IMG/VR virus record: IMGVR_UViG_3300022872_000001
Coordinates: 96,001-160,000 of that record
Strand: one strand, 5' to 3'
Source of the DNA: a virus
Length of the DNA stretch: 64,000 bases
In this document: piece after piece, positions 28,287-37,248 of the stretch
How the letters are laid out: the number at the start of each line of letters is the position of its first letter
Numbering within the stretch: position 1 is the first letter of the stretch
Program-made: the position numbers and the translations under genes
Notes under the pieces: generated by a model
The model's input: the letters and a program-made list of their open reading frames with translations, nothing else
What the model was told of the DNA's origin: nothing
Database searches by the model: none

Positions 28287-29836
28287 TAGAAGCTCCTTCG
28301 TGTTTTGATTCTAAAAAATCCTGAGGTGATAGCTGCGCTTGCAGTACTTACACCTACGTTGGTAGAGAATCCTAAACTAAATTGATTGCGAGATGCTGTA
28401 GCTCCATAATATCCATAGCTGCTACCTGAAATCTGAGTAGGGACCCGTTCATTGGTTCCACTAACATCATCAGCAATTGTAGGATCAATTGTGTACTGCA
28501 CTGTTCCTATATTATGTGTCTTGCTATATACTGTACTAGCTGCTACCGCAAATAATCCAGAGTCATACCTGCCATTTAAGGCGTAATTCACAACCGACGA
28601 TATGCCTGTAACACCTGCCGTTGTTTCTCCCACATAAACACGGTTCTTTGCTGTAAAGGTTGGATTAGTTCCTGATACACCAGACGCGCTTGATACTTGG
28701 TACATAGTCATCAATGGAATGCTAAACCAGTCACTGGCGTATCCCTGAGTAGCTACGTTAGGAGCTTGAGTTGGTACTGCGTAACCTACTCCGTTAGGAT
28801 GTTGGCAATAAGGCAGATACTCAAACTTATCTATGTAACCTGTAAAGAATCCCGCAGGTGTTGTACCGCCCTGTGCACCAACACATAAGGACGTGATAGG
28901 ACATATTACACTTGATGAGGTAGCTGAGGTTAATTGTGTGCCATTGACATAAAGACGATATACTCCTGCTACTGCATCGAATGTAAATTCAACAAAATAC
29001 CAAGTACCAACTACAGGAACCAAAGCCGCGGTAATCCCAGAAGCAATATCCCAGGACGTACCAGTACTGGACGCCCATGCTGAAAATGAATAAGTGCCAG
29101 CATTGTTGTAAACGCCAAATTCTACGCCGTACTTAGCATCATTGCATGCCCCAACTACAGTCGATAAAAATGTAGAAGCAGGAAGAACAGTTGGATTAAC
29201 CCATGCTCTTAAAGACCAACCAGTTTTACCTAGTGAGGTAAAACTGGTGCTCTTCAAATAATCACTGGAACCGTTTAAGGCATTGCTAGTTCCTCCACCA
29301 CCTAAAGCTCCAGTACCAAATTTAACCTGGTTAGTCTGGACTTTAGCTCCGCCTTGTGCTACCCATGTATTTCCAAAGTCATCTAGGAATGTAGTAGAAC
29401 CTGCCGAACCTCCAAATTGAAGGACAGATTGGCTGTTCTGCACATACAAGTATCCATACTGAGGTTGGGCTAGAGTGGAATTCCAGGTAACCGAGGTAGG
29501 GCTAACGTAATCTTGAGATATGAAAGACAAGGCACTAGCAGGCACACTAACCACGCTACTGGTATCGCTACTAAGAGTAGACACGTAATCTTGAACTCCA
29601 GCTGCGAATGCCGTCTTCATTGGGACCGTGGTGGCAGCAAGGTTGAGTGCCAATCCAGAACCTGATGAAAGCATGGAAGCATATCCACCTGTAGTAGAAC
29701 CTGATTGGACGGTTTGTCTAACACCTAACGTAAAACCACTCGTAATTCCTGAGGCATCAAATACTACTGCTGGCGTATCATTCACCTGCAGCGTTCCAGT
29801 TAACCCTGAGGAATCCGCTACTATTGTTGTAATCAT
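28286..29836 (-). CDS. LamG-like receptor-binding fibre paralogue 2 (core Y, tip Q)
   Basis: Same architecture. TAATG overlap on both sides. Confidence 0.75.
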   Translation of the reverse strand: MITTIVADSSGLTGTLQVNDTPAVVFDASGITSGFTLGVRQTVQSGSTTGGYASMLSSGSGLALNLAATTVPMKTAFAAGVQDYVSTLSSDTSSVVSVPASALSFISQDYVSPTSVTWNSTLAQPQYGYLYVQNSQSVLQFGGSAGSTTFLDDFGNTWVAQGGAKVQTNQVKFGTGALGGGGTSNALNGSSDYLKSTSFTSLGKTGWSLRAWVNPTVLPASTFLSTVVGACNDAKYGVEFGVYNNAGTYSFSAWASSTGTSWDIASGITAALVPVVGTWYFVEFTFDAVAGVYRLYVNGTQLTSATSSSVICPITSLCVGAQGGTTPAGFFTGYIDKFEYLPYCQHPNGVGYAVPTQAPNVATQGYASDWFSIPLMTMYQVSSASGVSGTNPTFTAKNRVYVGETTAGVTGISSVVNYALNGRYDSGLFAVAASTVYSKTHNIGTVQYTIDPTIADDVSGTNERVPTQISGSSYGYYGATASRNQFSLGFSTNVGVSTASAAITSGFFRIKTRRSF

Positions 29837-31341
29837 TAAAAACTCCTTCGGGTACGTACTCTATAAAATCCTGTAGTTGCGCTTGCATTAGCAGTTGAAA
29901 TACCTGGAGCGGTACTTCCTGAAATAACAGATACCTGGTTTCGTGTAGCTGTTCCTCCTGAATACCCATAACCTGTAAAACTATTTGAAGTAGCTACTCT
30001 CTCATTAGTTCCATTGATATCATCTGCAAAACTTATATCTACCGCGTATTGAGATGTTCCAATATTATGGGTTTTGCTATAGGTTATATTACCAGCAGCA
30101 ACTGCAAATAAGCCTGAATCGTATCTTCCATTCAAAGCATAATTCACGACCGAGGAAACTGAGGAGGTTCCTGTTACTGCCTCACCTACATACACTCTAT
30201 TCTTGGGAGTGAATACAGGATTTACACCTACACCTACCGAAGGTCCAGACACCTGATACATCTGCATGTTTGGTATCGAGAAGAAATCCGAAGCGTAACC
30301 AGACGTACCTGCCTTCGATAAGGCCGTTTGCGGTGTGAACGTCACTCCGTTCGGATGTTTGCAGTAAGGAAGGAATTCGAATCCCTGAATCGATCCTGCC
30401 CAGAATTGACCAAAGGCAGTGGTAGCCCCTATAGCAAGTGTCGTAATCGGGCAAAGAATACTCGCGCTGGTAATGGTCAAATTACTTTCGGCAACACCGT
30501 TAACATAGACAAAATATTTACCTGCTACGGCATCGTATGTTACCTCAAGATCATAAGCCGTACCATTAACAAATGTGGTATTACCTGCCACCCCATTAGC
30601 TATATCAAATGAAGTTCCTGTACTGGATAAAGCAAAAGAAATTTTACTAGAAACGAAGTTCACTACCAGACCGTAGTTTGCGGCATTGGCAAAATAAAAC
30701 AGACTGGAGGTTGTCGCAATGGAGGTCGGAATAAACTTGCAACGAACTGTCCAACTAGCCTTACCTAAACTGGTTATAGCTGTTGACTTCATATACGAAC
30801 TGGTACCGTTGAAGACACCCATATACGTTCCAGCTATAGCTGGTGAGGTATTGCTAAAGGTTACTGCATTGTTGGTCCAGGTATTACCAAAGTCATCCAA
30901 GTTGGTATTATTTAAATCCAGTTTAGCTTGAGCGGCTTGGTTGAAAGAATAACCATACTGAGGTTGAGCAAGAGTAGAATTCCACGCCACAGACGCCGAA
31001 CTCACCCAGTCCTGAGATACGAAGGATAGATTCGAGGCCGGTAGCGTCACCACACCTGCGGTATCGGCTGTCAGTGTAGCTATGAAGTCTTGGACACCTG
31101 CAGCAAATGTGGTGCGCATATTAACAGAAGTAGCCGCCAAATTCACAGCTAATCCTGTTCCTGCACTTAACATGCCTGAGTAGCCAGCAGAAGTTATGGC
31201 TCCATATTGGACTGTATTTCTGGTATTGGTTAGACTATACCCACTTGTAATTCCATTGGCGTCGAATACTAAGGAATCGACACCTCCGACTTGTAACGAG
31301 CCACTTAAGCCTGTGGCATTAGAAACTAGTGCTACAGTCAT
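29836..31341 (-). CDS. LamG-like receptor-binding fibre paralogue 1 (core X, tip Q)
   Basis: LDLNNTNLDDFGNTW..PAIAGTYMGVFNGTSSY core as in paralogue 5. Tip as in paralogues 2 and 3. Confidence 0.75.
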   Translation of the reverse strand: MTVALVSNATGLSGSLQVGGVDSLVFDANGITSGYSLTNTRNTVQYGAITSAGYSGMLSAGTGLAVNLAATSVNMRTTFAAGVQDFIATLTADTAGVVTLPASNLSFVSQDWVSSASVAWNSTLAQPQYGYSFNQAAQAKLDLNNTNLDDFGNTWTNNAVTFSNTSPAIAGTYMGVFNGTSSYMKSTAITSLGKASWTVRCKFIPTSIATTSSLFYFANAANYGLVVNFVSSKISFALSSTGTSFDIANGVAGNTTFVNGTAYDLEVTYDAVAGKYFVYVNGVAESNLTITSASILCPITTLAIGATTAFGQFWAGSIQGFEFLPYCKHPNGVTFTPQTALSKAGTSGYASDFFSIPNMQMYQVSGPSVGVGVNPVFTPKNRVYVGEAVTGTSSVSSVVNYALNGRYDSGLFAVAAGNITYSKTHNIGTSQYAVDISFADDINGTNERVATSNSFTGYGYSGGTATRNQVSVISGSTAPGISTANASATTGFYRVRTRRSF

Positions 31342-31350
31342 AATTTTTCC

Positions 31351-33006
31351 TTAGACGATTACCCAACGCGAACCTGTAGGTATAGTAACGGTTATTCCAT
31401 TTGCTACCGCAATAGGTCCAGCCGATACCGCGTTTTTATTAGTTGTTATGGCGTAGCTTATGCTCACGGTTTCTGCATTCTCGTAGAACACGTCACTGCC
31501 TGTCCCACCACTGGCTCCACCTGTACCTGAAGGAGTTACCCATGCAAGAGATGTACCATTCCAAGTCAACGCTGTACCAGCAGTAGTTGGTGCGGTAACA
31601 AAACCGGTAACACCCGTTCCTGTTTGGTAGTTCACCTGATTAGCTGCACCACCTGCGACCGCAGTAGCTAATGCCGCAGTTCCTCCAATACTCAAACTAG
31701 CGGCTGTGCCGGTCGCATTGGTTAATACAACGGCAGACGGCGTACCTAGATTAGGTGTGGTCAAACTTGGTGATGTATTAAGAACAACAGAACCTGTACC
31801 TGTTGACGTAGTTGTTCCTGTACCACCATTGGCTACAGCTAGAGTGCCCCCAAGGGTTATGGTACCTGATCCAGTAATAGGACCGCCTGTGGTAGTTAAA
31901 CCTGTAGTACCTCCGGACACTGCAACCGAGGTAACGCTACCTGTACCTTCCGCAACCCATGCAAATGCTGAACCACTCCAAGACAACAACGTATTTGCTG
32001 TACCCGGTGCAGGAACAAAACCTGTTACACCTGCACCCGTTTGGTAATTGATTTGATTTGCGGTTCCACCAGCCACGGATGTAGCTAAAGCGGCTGTTCC
32101 TCCAATACTCAAGCTACCTGCGGTACCTGTTAAACCTGTACCTGCCCCTGTGAAACTTCCACCAGTTATCAAACCAGAAGCAGCAGCAGTGGTAAGTGAA
32201 ACTAAGGAAGTAATGTCTGAGTTAGCACCGGATGCTGCCGCACCCAGGCTAGTACGCGCACCTGCCGAAGTTGTTGCATTCGTACCCCCATTAGCCAATG
32301 GTAAAACGCCAGTCACACCTGTGGTGAGCGGTAAACCTGTGGCATTGGTAAGTGTAGCTGCGGAAGGAACACCTAGATTCGGAGTGGTTAAAGATGGGGA
32401 GGTACTGAGCACCACAGAACCTGTACCTGTAGATGTCGTAGTACCTGTACCACCATTAGCAACTGCCAGCGTACCGCTAAGCGTAATAGTTCCTGCACCT
32501 GTGATAGGTCCACCTGATGTGGTCAAACCTGTGGTACCCCCAGATACAGCAACGGAAGTTACGGTACCTGAACCTGAAGGAGATGTCCAAACAAAGGCTG
32601 TACCATTCCATGTAAGTATTGTATTGGAAGAACTTGGTGCAGCTATGAAACCTGTAGTACCTGAACCTGTTTGGTAATTTATCTCGTTGGCAGCACCTCC
32701 AGCAATAGCTGCTGCTGTGCCTCCTACATTCAAGCTACCTGCAGTACCTGTCAAGCCCGTTCCGGCACCCGTAAAACTGCCAGCAGTAATAGTGCCAGAC
32801 GCAGTTGCGGATACCAAAGAAGCCAATGATGTGATGTCGGTATTGGCACCAGGTTTGGCACCTATCTGTTTAACCGATCCACTATGATCTTTGGAAAACA
32901 GAATTTGATCAGCTAAGTTGACTGCCAATTGACCTTCTGCCAGCTGACCTGCTGTAGGCACAGTCCCCGAGGTATTTGATCTTAAGTTCTGTATGATGTT
33001 AGCCAT
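31351..33006 (-). CDS. repetitive fibre shaft with gp37-like N-terminal docking domain and C-terminal hub motif
   Basis: LRSNTSGTVPTAGQLAEGQLAVNLADQILFSKD. 3x GGxANxINYQTG..TGF..AP..LxWxG and 2x VTSVAVSGGTTGLTT..GPIT repeats. Ends DVFYEN..YAITTNKNAVSAGPI..GSRWVIV. Confidence 0.8.
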   Translation of the reverse strand: MANIIQNLRSNTSGTVPTAGQLAEGQLAVNLADQILFSKDHSGSVKQIGAKPGANTDITSLASLVSATASGTITAGSFTGAGTGLTGTAGSLNVGGTAAAIAGGAANEINYQTGSGTTGFIAAPSSSNTILTWNGTAFVWTSPSGSGTVTSVAVSGGTTGLTTSGGPITGAGTITLSGTLAVANGGTGTTTSTGTGSVVLSTSPSLTTPNLGVPSAATLTNATGLPLTTGVTGVLPLANGGTNATTSAGARTSLGAAASGANSDITSLVSLTTAAASGLITGGSFTGAGTGLTGTAGSLSIGGTAALATSVAGGTANQINYQTGAGVTGFVPAPGTANTLLSWSGSAFAWVAEGTGSVTSVAVSGGTTGLTTTGGPITGSGTITLGGTLAVANGGTGTTTSTGTGSVVLNTSPSLTTPNLGTPSAVVLTNATGTAASLSIGGTAALATAVAGGAANQVNYQTGTGVTGFVTAPTTAGTALTWNGTSLAWVTPSGTGGASGGTGSDVFYENAETVSISYAITTNKNAVSAGPIAVANGITVTIPTGSRWVIV

Positions 33007-33046
33007 GTAAAATCCTATTGGTTATTTATTCTCACAATTCTTTAAA

Positions 33047-33556
33047 CTACGAGTAGGTACCTGAATCCAATTCAAGATCCTGAACGTCAAACTGGATGTT
33101 GCCTGCCGTGGTAGTTACTCCAATACCGTTACCACCTGTCAATGCCACGACTCCAGTTTGTGCATTTAAGGCTGAAACTCCTGCCCCAGGAGAACTAGAA
33201 ATAATTTGTACTCCATAAACAGCAGTACCTACCGTCAAGACAGAACCTGACTGTAATACACCGTTCTTAAAAACGATATTATCAGATGGTAGAGTTACAG
33301 GAGTAATTACACCGTAGTACACAGCCAAGTCGTATCCCCGTATGATCGCTCGGGATACCTCAATCTCAGGTAAGGCAAACCGCCAACTATTTCCGTCATA
33401 TACATACAGGCCGGGAGAACGTGCTCCCTCTGTTTGGGATAATATTACTGCCTCACTTGCTGACGCACTAAGAACAGATAAGGACGTAACAGCAGGAGCA
33501 TTAAAGGGACCTGAAAAACCATTTTGATAAATGGTTAACGGAAAGGAGAATGACAT
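33047..33556 (-). CDS. fibre adaptor ending in gp36-like DSGTY motif
   Basis: ALNAQTGVVALT repeat. Ends LELDSGTYS. Immediately upstream of a gp37-like gene. Confidence 0.65.
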   Translation of the reverse strand: MSFSFPLTIYQNGFSGPFNAPAVTSLSVLSASASEAVILSQTEGARSPGLYVYDGNSWRFALPEIEVSRAIIRGYDLAVYYGVITPVTLPSDNIVFKNGVLQSGSVLTVGTAVYGVQIISSSPGAGVSALNAQTGVVALTGGNGIGVTTTAGNIQFDVQDLELDSGTYS

Positions 33557-33558
33557 GG

Positions 33559-34209
33559 CTATTCCTTGAATATATTTTGGGCTTTATGCAGTACCTCAAG
33601 ACGTTCAGGTACTGTAGAGGGAGAACCATTTATAGTAGTAGTCATCGCAGTGAATTGGTCTGCATCAGCAACCGCATTGAAGTGATGCGTATTCCAGAAC
33701 CAACCTGCCGTTAACCAACGAGTTTCAAAATCTGTACCAACTAAGGCAGGATTTGTGTAAAGAAGGTAATCCGAAAATAATGCCTGAGATGCCGCCTTAT
33801 AATTATCTGCGAAGGTAAGATTGAAAGCGCCTTGACCGCGATATTTCCAACCATCCCCCGAGGCTACATTTCCATTACCATAGCGATTGGCATATATCAT
33901 GTTGGCAAGCTTCTCTGGATTATTGATGTAATCAGGAGCGTAGGCTTTTTCGGTATTGCTCTGATCCATGGTGAAGTGGGTAGGCCAAACTTCAGGTAAA
34001 CGTTCCGCCGTTCTGTAGTTCAGGTTCTCTTCCCATTTTGTGTAACCTTCTGTCTCGAAATATGATTGAGACATGAAGTAACATAACCGACGCACGTTAG
34101 TTATGTCGAATCGAATCAACATCGGATTCAGTGTTGCTACCGCTGAATCCAAGCTTGTTGTCGGGATCGCGGAAGCAAATTGTTTTAGCTGTTGAGCTGT
34201 CACTACCAT
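33559..34209 (-). CDS. endolysin, glycoside hydrolase family 19
   Basis: FMSQSYFETEG..EENLNY; ANMIYANRYGNG..GDGWKYRGQG..LTFADNY; AGWFW. Confidence 0.9.
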   Translation of the reverse strand: MVVTAQQLKQFASAIPTTSLDSAVATLNPMLIRFDITNVRRLCYFMSQSYFETEGYTKWEENLNYRTAERLPEVWPTHFTMDQSNTEKAYAPDYINNPEKLANMIYANRYGNGNVASGDGWKYRGQGAFNLTFADNYKAASQALFSDYLLYTNPALVGTDFETRWLTAGWFWNTHHFNAVADADQFTAMTTTINGSPSTVPERLEVLHKAQNIFKE

Positions 34210-34624
34210 CTGGAACTCCTATTACGGATAAGGTTGCTAACGTAAATCGTTGACTTGAGGATTTGATTGGATTCACTTCATAATTGACATTAACAACCAC
34301 GTTATAATTCCCAACCGGAAGGTTGTGATAGGTCAAAACAGAATAGGTATCCTGATGACGTTTTAAAAACAAAGCAGGCGTTACCATTATCAATTGACCA
34401 TCTGTATCTATGGTCGTTGAATATACATAAAACGCCTCGTTAGTAATCTTACTTAATTGAGGAACGCGGATTACAGATGATTGACCGTAGGTTTGCGTTA
34501 CCACGGCTATAGGCTGAATGCCTTCTAAGCTAGTTGGAGATTCCTGAGCCCAATATAACGCCAACATAACAGATGACGCGGATAAGGTGGCTCCCAGTCC
34601 TAGCAGGATCTTCCCTAAGTGCAT
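34097..34624 (-). CDS. membrane-anchored Ig-like protein, lysis-cassette paralogue 2
   Basis: N-terminal TM. LPVGNYNVVVNVNYEVNPIKSSSQRFTLATLSV. The 3' end overlaps the endolysin start by 113 nt. Confidence 0.65.
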   Translation of the reverse strand: MHLGKILLGLGATLSASSVMLALYWAQESPTSLEGIQPIAVVTQTYGQSSVIRVPQLSKITNEAFYVYSTTIDTDGQLIMVTPALFLKRHQDTYSVLTYHNLPVGNYNVVVNVNYEVNPIKSSSQRFTLATLSVIGVPDGSDSSTAKTICFRDPDNKLGFSGSNTESDVDSIRHN

Positions 34625-34632
34625 GAAATCTC

Positions 34633-35133
34633 CTAATTAGTTTTTGTCCCTACGCTTATATGAGCTAAATCGAATTGAACCGAATTTGTCTGAATTGGAT
34701 TCCCAAGGTACCTAACGTAAGCTACCAAAGAATATTCTCCTGGAATAATCGTGTCCGGTAATTTGACATTTACCGTATCTAGTTTCAGGTCGTCCTTGTC
34801 CACAACGGTCTGAGGATATCGGTAGGCGAGATTACCTGCCATGTCCATCAATTGTAAATTGTAAATTACCTTGGGTCCGGAAACCCGCATACTAATCTTT
34901 GGTTCAAGCTTGGTAGAAGAGCCTTGCTCCAGATTTACCCAACTAGTATGTGGGGCAGACACTCTAACATTGGACGCTGGCTGGACAGACCAAGCTATAG
35001 TGGATATTACCAACGTAGGAACTGCAACTAAGGAACACACTGCAAAAATTGAATCAACAGTAGCCTTGTATTTAAGGTACACGGCACTTTGTAGTGCGAT
35101 CTTTATTTTCGCAGGTAAGAGGATATTAAACAT
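34633..35133 (-). CDS. membrane-anchored Ig-like protein, lysis-cassette paralogue 1
   Basis: TM near residues 29-48. IIPGEYSLVAYVRYLGNPIQTNSVQFDLAHISV. Confidence 0.65.
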   Translation of the reverse strand: MFNILLPAKIKIALQSAVYLKYKATVDSIFAVCSLVAVPTLVISTIAWSVQPASNVRVSAPHTSWVNLEQGSSTKLEPKISMRVSGPKVIYNLQLMDMAGNLAYRYPQTVVDKDDLKLDTVNVKLPDTIIPGEYSLVAYVRYLGNPIQTNSVQFDLAHISVGTKTN

Positions 35134-35134
35134 A

Positions 35135-35518
35135 TTAGTGCTCCGGGTTTTCAGACATAGTAGATTTTTCGACTATTGGCTGTACCGCTGGAAGCGAGGT
35201 AGGCTCCTGTGGTACTGCTGGCTGTTGTAATCCCGGAAACTTGGTTCGCAAGAAATTCTCGAACTCCACCCAGGCCCGATTACCCATTAATCCCGATACT
35301 GCAATTATGAACGGTAGTAATGTGGAATCGATGTTACCCCATTTGCAAATCCAGAAGGTCATCACACCAGTAAAACCTGAGGTGATAATTTCTATTAATG
35401 CTCTACCTATAACAAATTTCTGCATACTATTCAGGTACTTAACAAGACCTGCACAGGCTGCTACGGCTATTACCCACACGTAGGTAACTAGTGGATAGCC
35501 AAAGGCCTCTTTTTCCAT
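35135..35518 (-). CDS. holin, LydA-like (3 TM)
   Basis: YVWVIAVAACAGLVKY; EIITSGFTGVMTFWIC; IIAVSGLMGNRA. Confidence 0.8.
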   Translation of the reverse strand: MEKEAFGYPLVTYVWVIAVAACAGLVKYLNSMQKFVIGRALIEIITSGFTGVMTFWICKWGNIDSTLLPFIIAVSGLMGNRAWVEFENFLRTKFPGLQQPAVPQEPTSLPAVQPIVEKSTMSENPEH

Positions 35519-35601
35519 TAACAGGACTCCTATAAGTTTTGTACCGCTTATTCATAAGCTCTGCACTTGTATAAAATTTGATAGTAAGCTATTGCGTACT
35601 T

Positions 35602-35609
35602 AGTAAATA
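35602..35609 (+). promoter_or_regulatory. AGTAAATA promoter-like motif
   Basis: 21 nt upstream of the ATG at 35631, in a divergent intergenic region. Confidence 0.5.
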
Positions 35610-35630
35610 AGGTGTGAAAAGGAGCTTTAT

Positions 35631-35963
35631 ATGAATAACAAACCACCAACCTGCATCATTTTTCATGGTGTAGCTATGTCGGATAAGGCGAATCTTGTGT
35701 CGGCTGATCCAAGAGGTTTAGCTCTATACGTGGATATGTGTGCACGGAATAATTTGTCAATACCTGTAACTGCCGATAAATTCAAATTCAATGTGGAAAC
35801 CGAGGTCAATGAAGCCTTTAAATCGGTTAAACATAAATACAAAATCCTTCTGCACGATTGCCAACAAGATGAGGAACTTATATCCTTTGAGGACTATTTG
35901 ATTCACATGCATCTGATAGTGGATGTCGAACAAAATGATTATTACTCTTTCAGGATTAACTAA
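35631..35963 (+). CDS. hypothetical protein (110 aa)
   Basis: AAGGAG RBS. TAATG-coupled to the exonuclease gene. Confidence 0.7.
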   Translation: MNNKPPTCIIFHGVAMSDKANLVSADPRGLALYVDMCARNNLSIPVTADKFKFNVETEVNEAFKSVKHKYKILLHDCQQDEELISFEDYLIHMHLIVDVEQNDYYSFRIN

Positions 35964-36826
35964 TGCGTAAAACGTTGCTGTTTGTGGATGGGAATTTTTA
36001 CATGAACCGAGCCTGGCACGTTATTCATACCGAAAATTCCATTGGGCGCGCACTAGGCGCCCTGATGACCTCAATGATATGCCGCGATGCCATAACGGTA
36101 AAAGCAACTCATGTTATCGTAGGTTTCGATGGTATGAGTTTTCGATACGACATTTATGATGATTACAAACACTCCAGAAAGAAAAAGACAAAGGGTAAAT
36201 CCAAGTCGGATGAAACCACTAAGGAGATTTATACCTACATGAAAGATGTCCAGATGTACATAGGTGATGCAGGAATTCCTTTCGTGCATCCTCCCAAGCA
36301 TGAGGCAGATGATGTCGGTGCAGTCTGTGCTGCTATGGGATCAAAAGACCTGCGAGTGGTTATAGCCACTAAGGATAAGGATTCAATTCAACTCCTTAAT
36401 CCTAATGTGGTTATGTATAATTCAAACATCAAGTATCCTAAAAACCCGTATACGCTGGCTGATATCGCCATTAGTAAGTACGGAGTCGAGTCTCACCAAA
36501 TGGTAGATTACCAAACGCTGGTGGGAGATAAGGGAGATGATGTTCCAACCTTGTTAGGTCCTGCCAAGGTCAAAAAGATATTAGCCAAATATGGATCAAT
36601 CCGAAACTGGTATAAGAAGGGACCGCGCGGCGGCAAGAGATGGCTGACGGAACACAGTGAGGAGATTTTACGGAATCGTAAATTGGTACAACTCATCGAT
36701 GACTGCATTGAGATTGATATAAACGATCTAAAAGTACCAAGGCTGACGAAGAAGGTTCAATCCTTCCCGTCAGCTTGGCACGATTACCAATCCTTTCTGT
36801 ATCCCAAAAGCCGAGGTCTCTTTTAA
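35963..36826 (+). CDS. 5'-3' exonuclease / flap endonuclease (PolA N-terminal, T5 D15-like)
   Basis: LLFVDGN; VGFDG..FRYDIYDDYKHSR; HEADD; TKDKD; LVGDKGDDVP. Confidence 0.9.
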   Translation: MRKTLLFVDGNFYMNRAWHVIHTENSIGRALGALMTSMICRDAITVKATHVIVGFDGMSFRYDIYDDYKHSRKKKTKGKSKSDETTKEIYTYMKDVQMYIGDAGIPFVHPPKHEADDVGAVCAAMGSKDLRVVIATKDKDSIQLLNPNVVMYNSNIKYPKNPYTLADIAISKYGVESHQMVDYQTLVGDKGDDVPTLLGPAKVKKILAKYGSIRNWYKKGPRGGKRWLTEHSEEILRNRKLVQLIDDCIEIDINDLKVPRLTKKVQSFPSAWHDYQSFLYPKSRGLF

Positions 36827-37248
36827 GCGGTAGTGCTTGTAGACGCTGCCGGCGTGGCTATAACTGCAGGTGCTACTGGAGGCGTGGATGCCGCAGTAAC
36901 TTCTGCCACCGTAGTTCCTGTAATCGATAGAGGGCGTGCTGTGGGTGCGGAGTCTAAGGCATCCAGTTTAGCCCTTAAATCGGACTTCCACTTATAGGTA
37001 AGCACAATGGAATCCAGAAGAGGTACCAGCTTTTGTGCATACCAATCCGCAAAGGACAAATACGGATTACTATCGGTGAACACTGGCGTTTCATAGGTAT
37101 ACAACATAGAATTGCTTACAATGTTGCTACCTCTCTGCGCCTGCAGTGTGAATTGAACAGCCGTAACATAATCCGAATTACCATTCAATGTCGTGGTATA
37201 CGGAGTTACTCCTGTATAGGTAAAAGTTACATCATCCGTTGCTGCCAT
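36823..37248 (-). CDS. fibre-associated small protein (probable chaperone)
   Basis: Follows the S74 fibre gene with a 17-nt overlap. TFTYTG...DYVTAVQFTL N-terminal pattern. Confidence 0.6.
   Translation of the reverse strand: MAATDDVTFTYTGVTPYTTTLNGNSDYVTAVQFTLQAQRGSNIVSNSMLYTYETPVFTDSNPYLSFADWYAQKLVPLLDSIVLTYKWKSDLRAKLDALDSAPTARPLSITGTTVAEVTAASTPPVAPAVIATPAASTSTTA

Noticed and set aside
22344-31341. Shufflon or invertible fibre cassette
   Set aside because: All paralogues are full-length and co-oriented. I saw no inverted crossover sites or recombinase.
31706-32887. + strand ORFs (113, 175 and 66 aa) opposite the fibre shaft, and similar antisense ORFs elsewhere
   Set aside because: These are shadows of Gly/Thr/Ala-rich repetitive coding on the - strand, with no RBS or independent signal.
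34097-35230. Embedded i-spanin/o-spanin pair
   Set aside because: No valid lipobox ORF on the coding strand and no periplasmic coiled coil. The 34871-35230 ORF is antisense.
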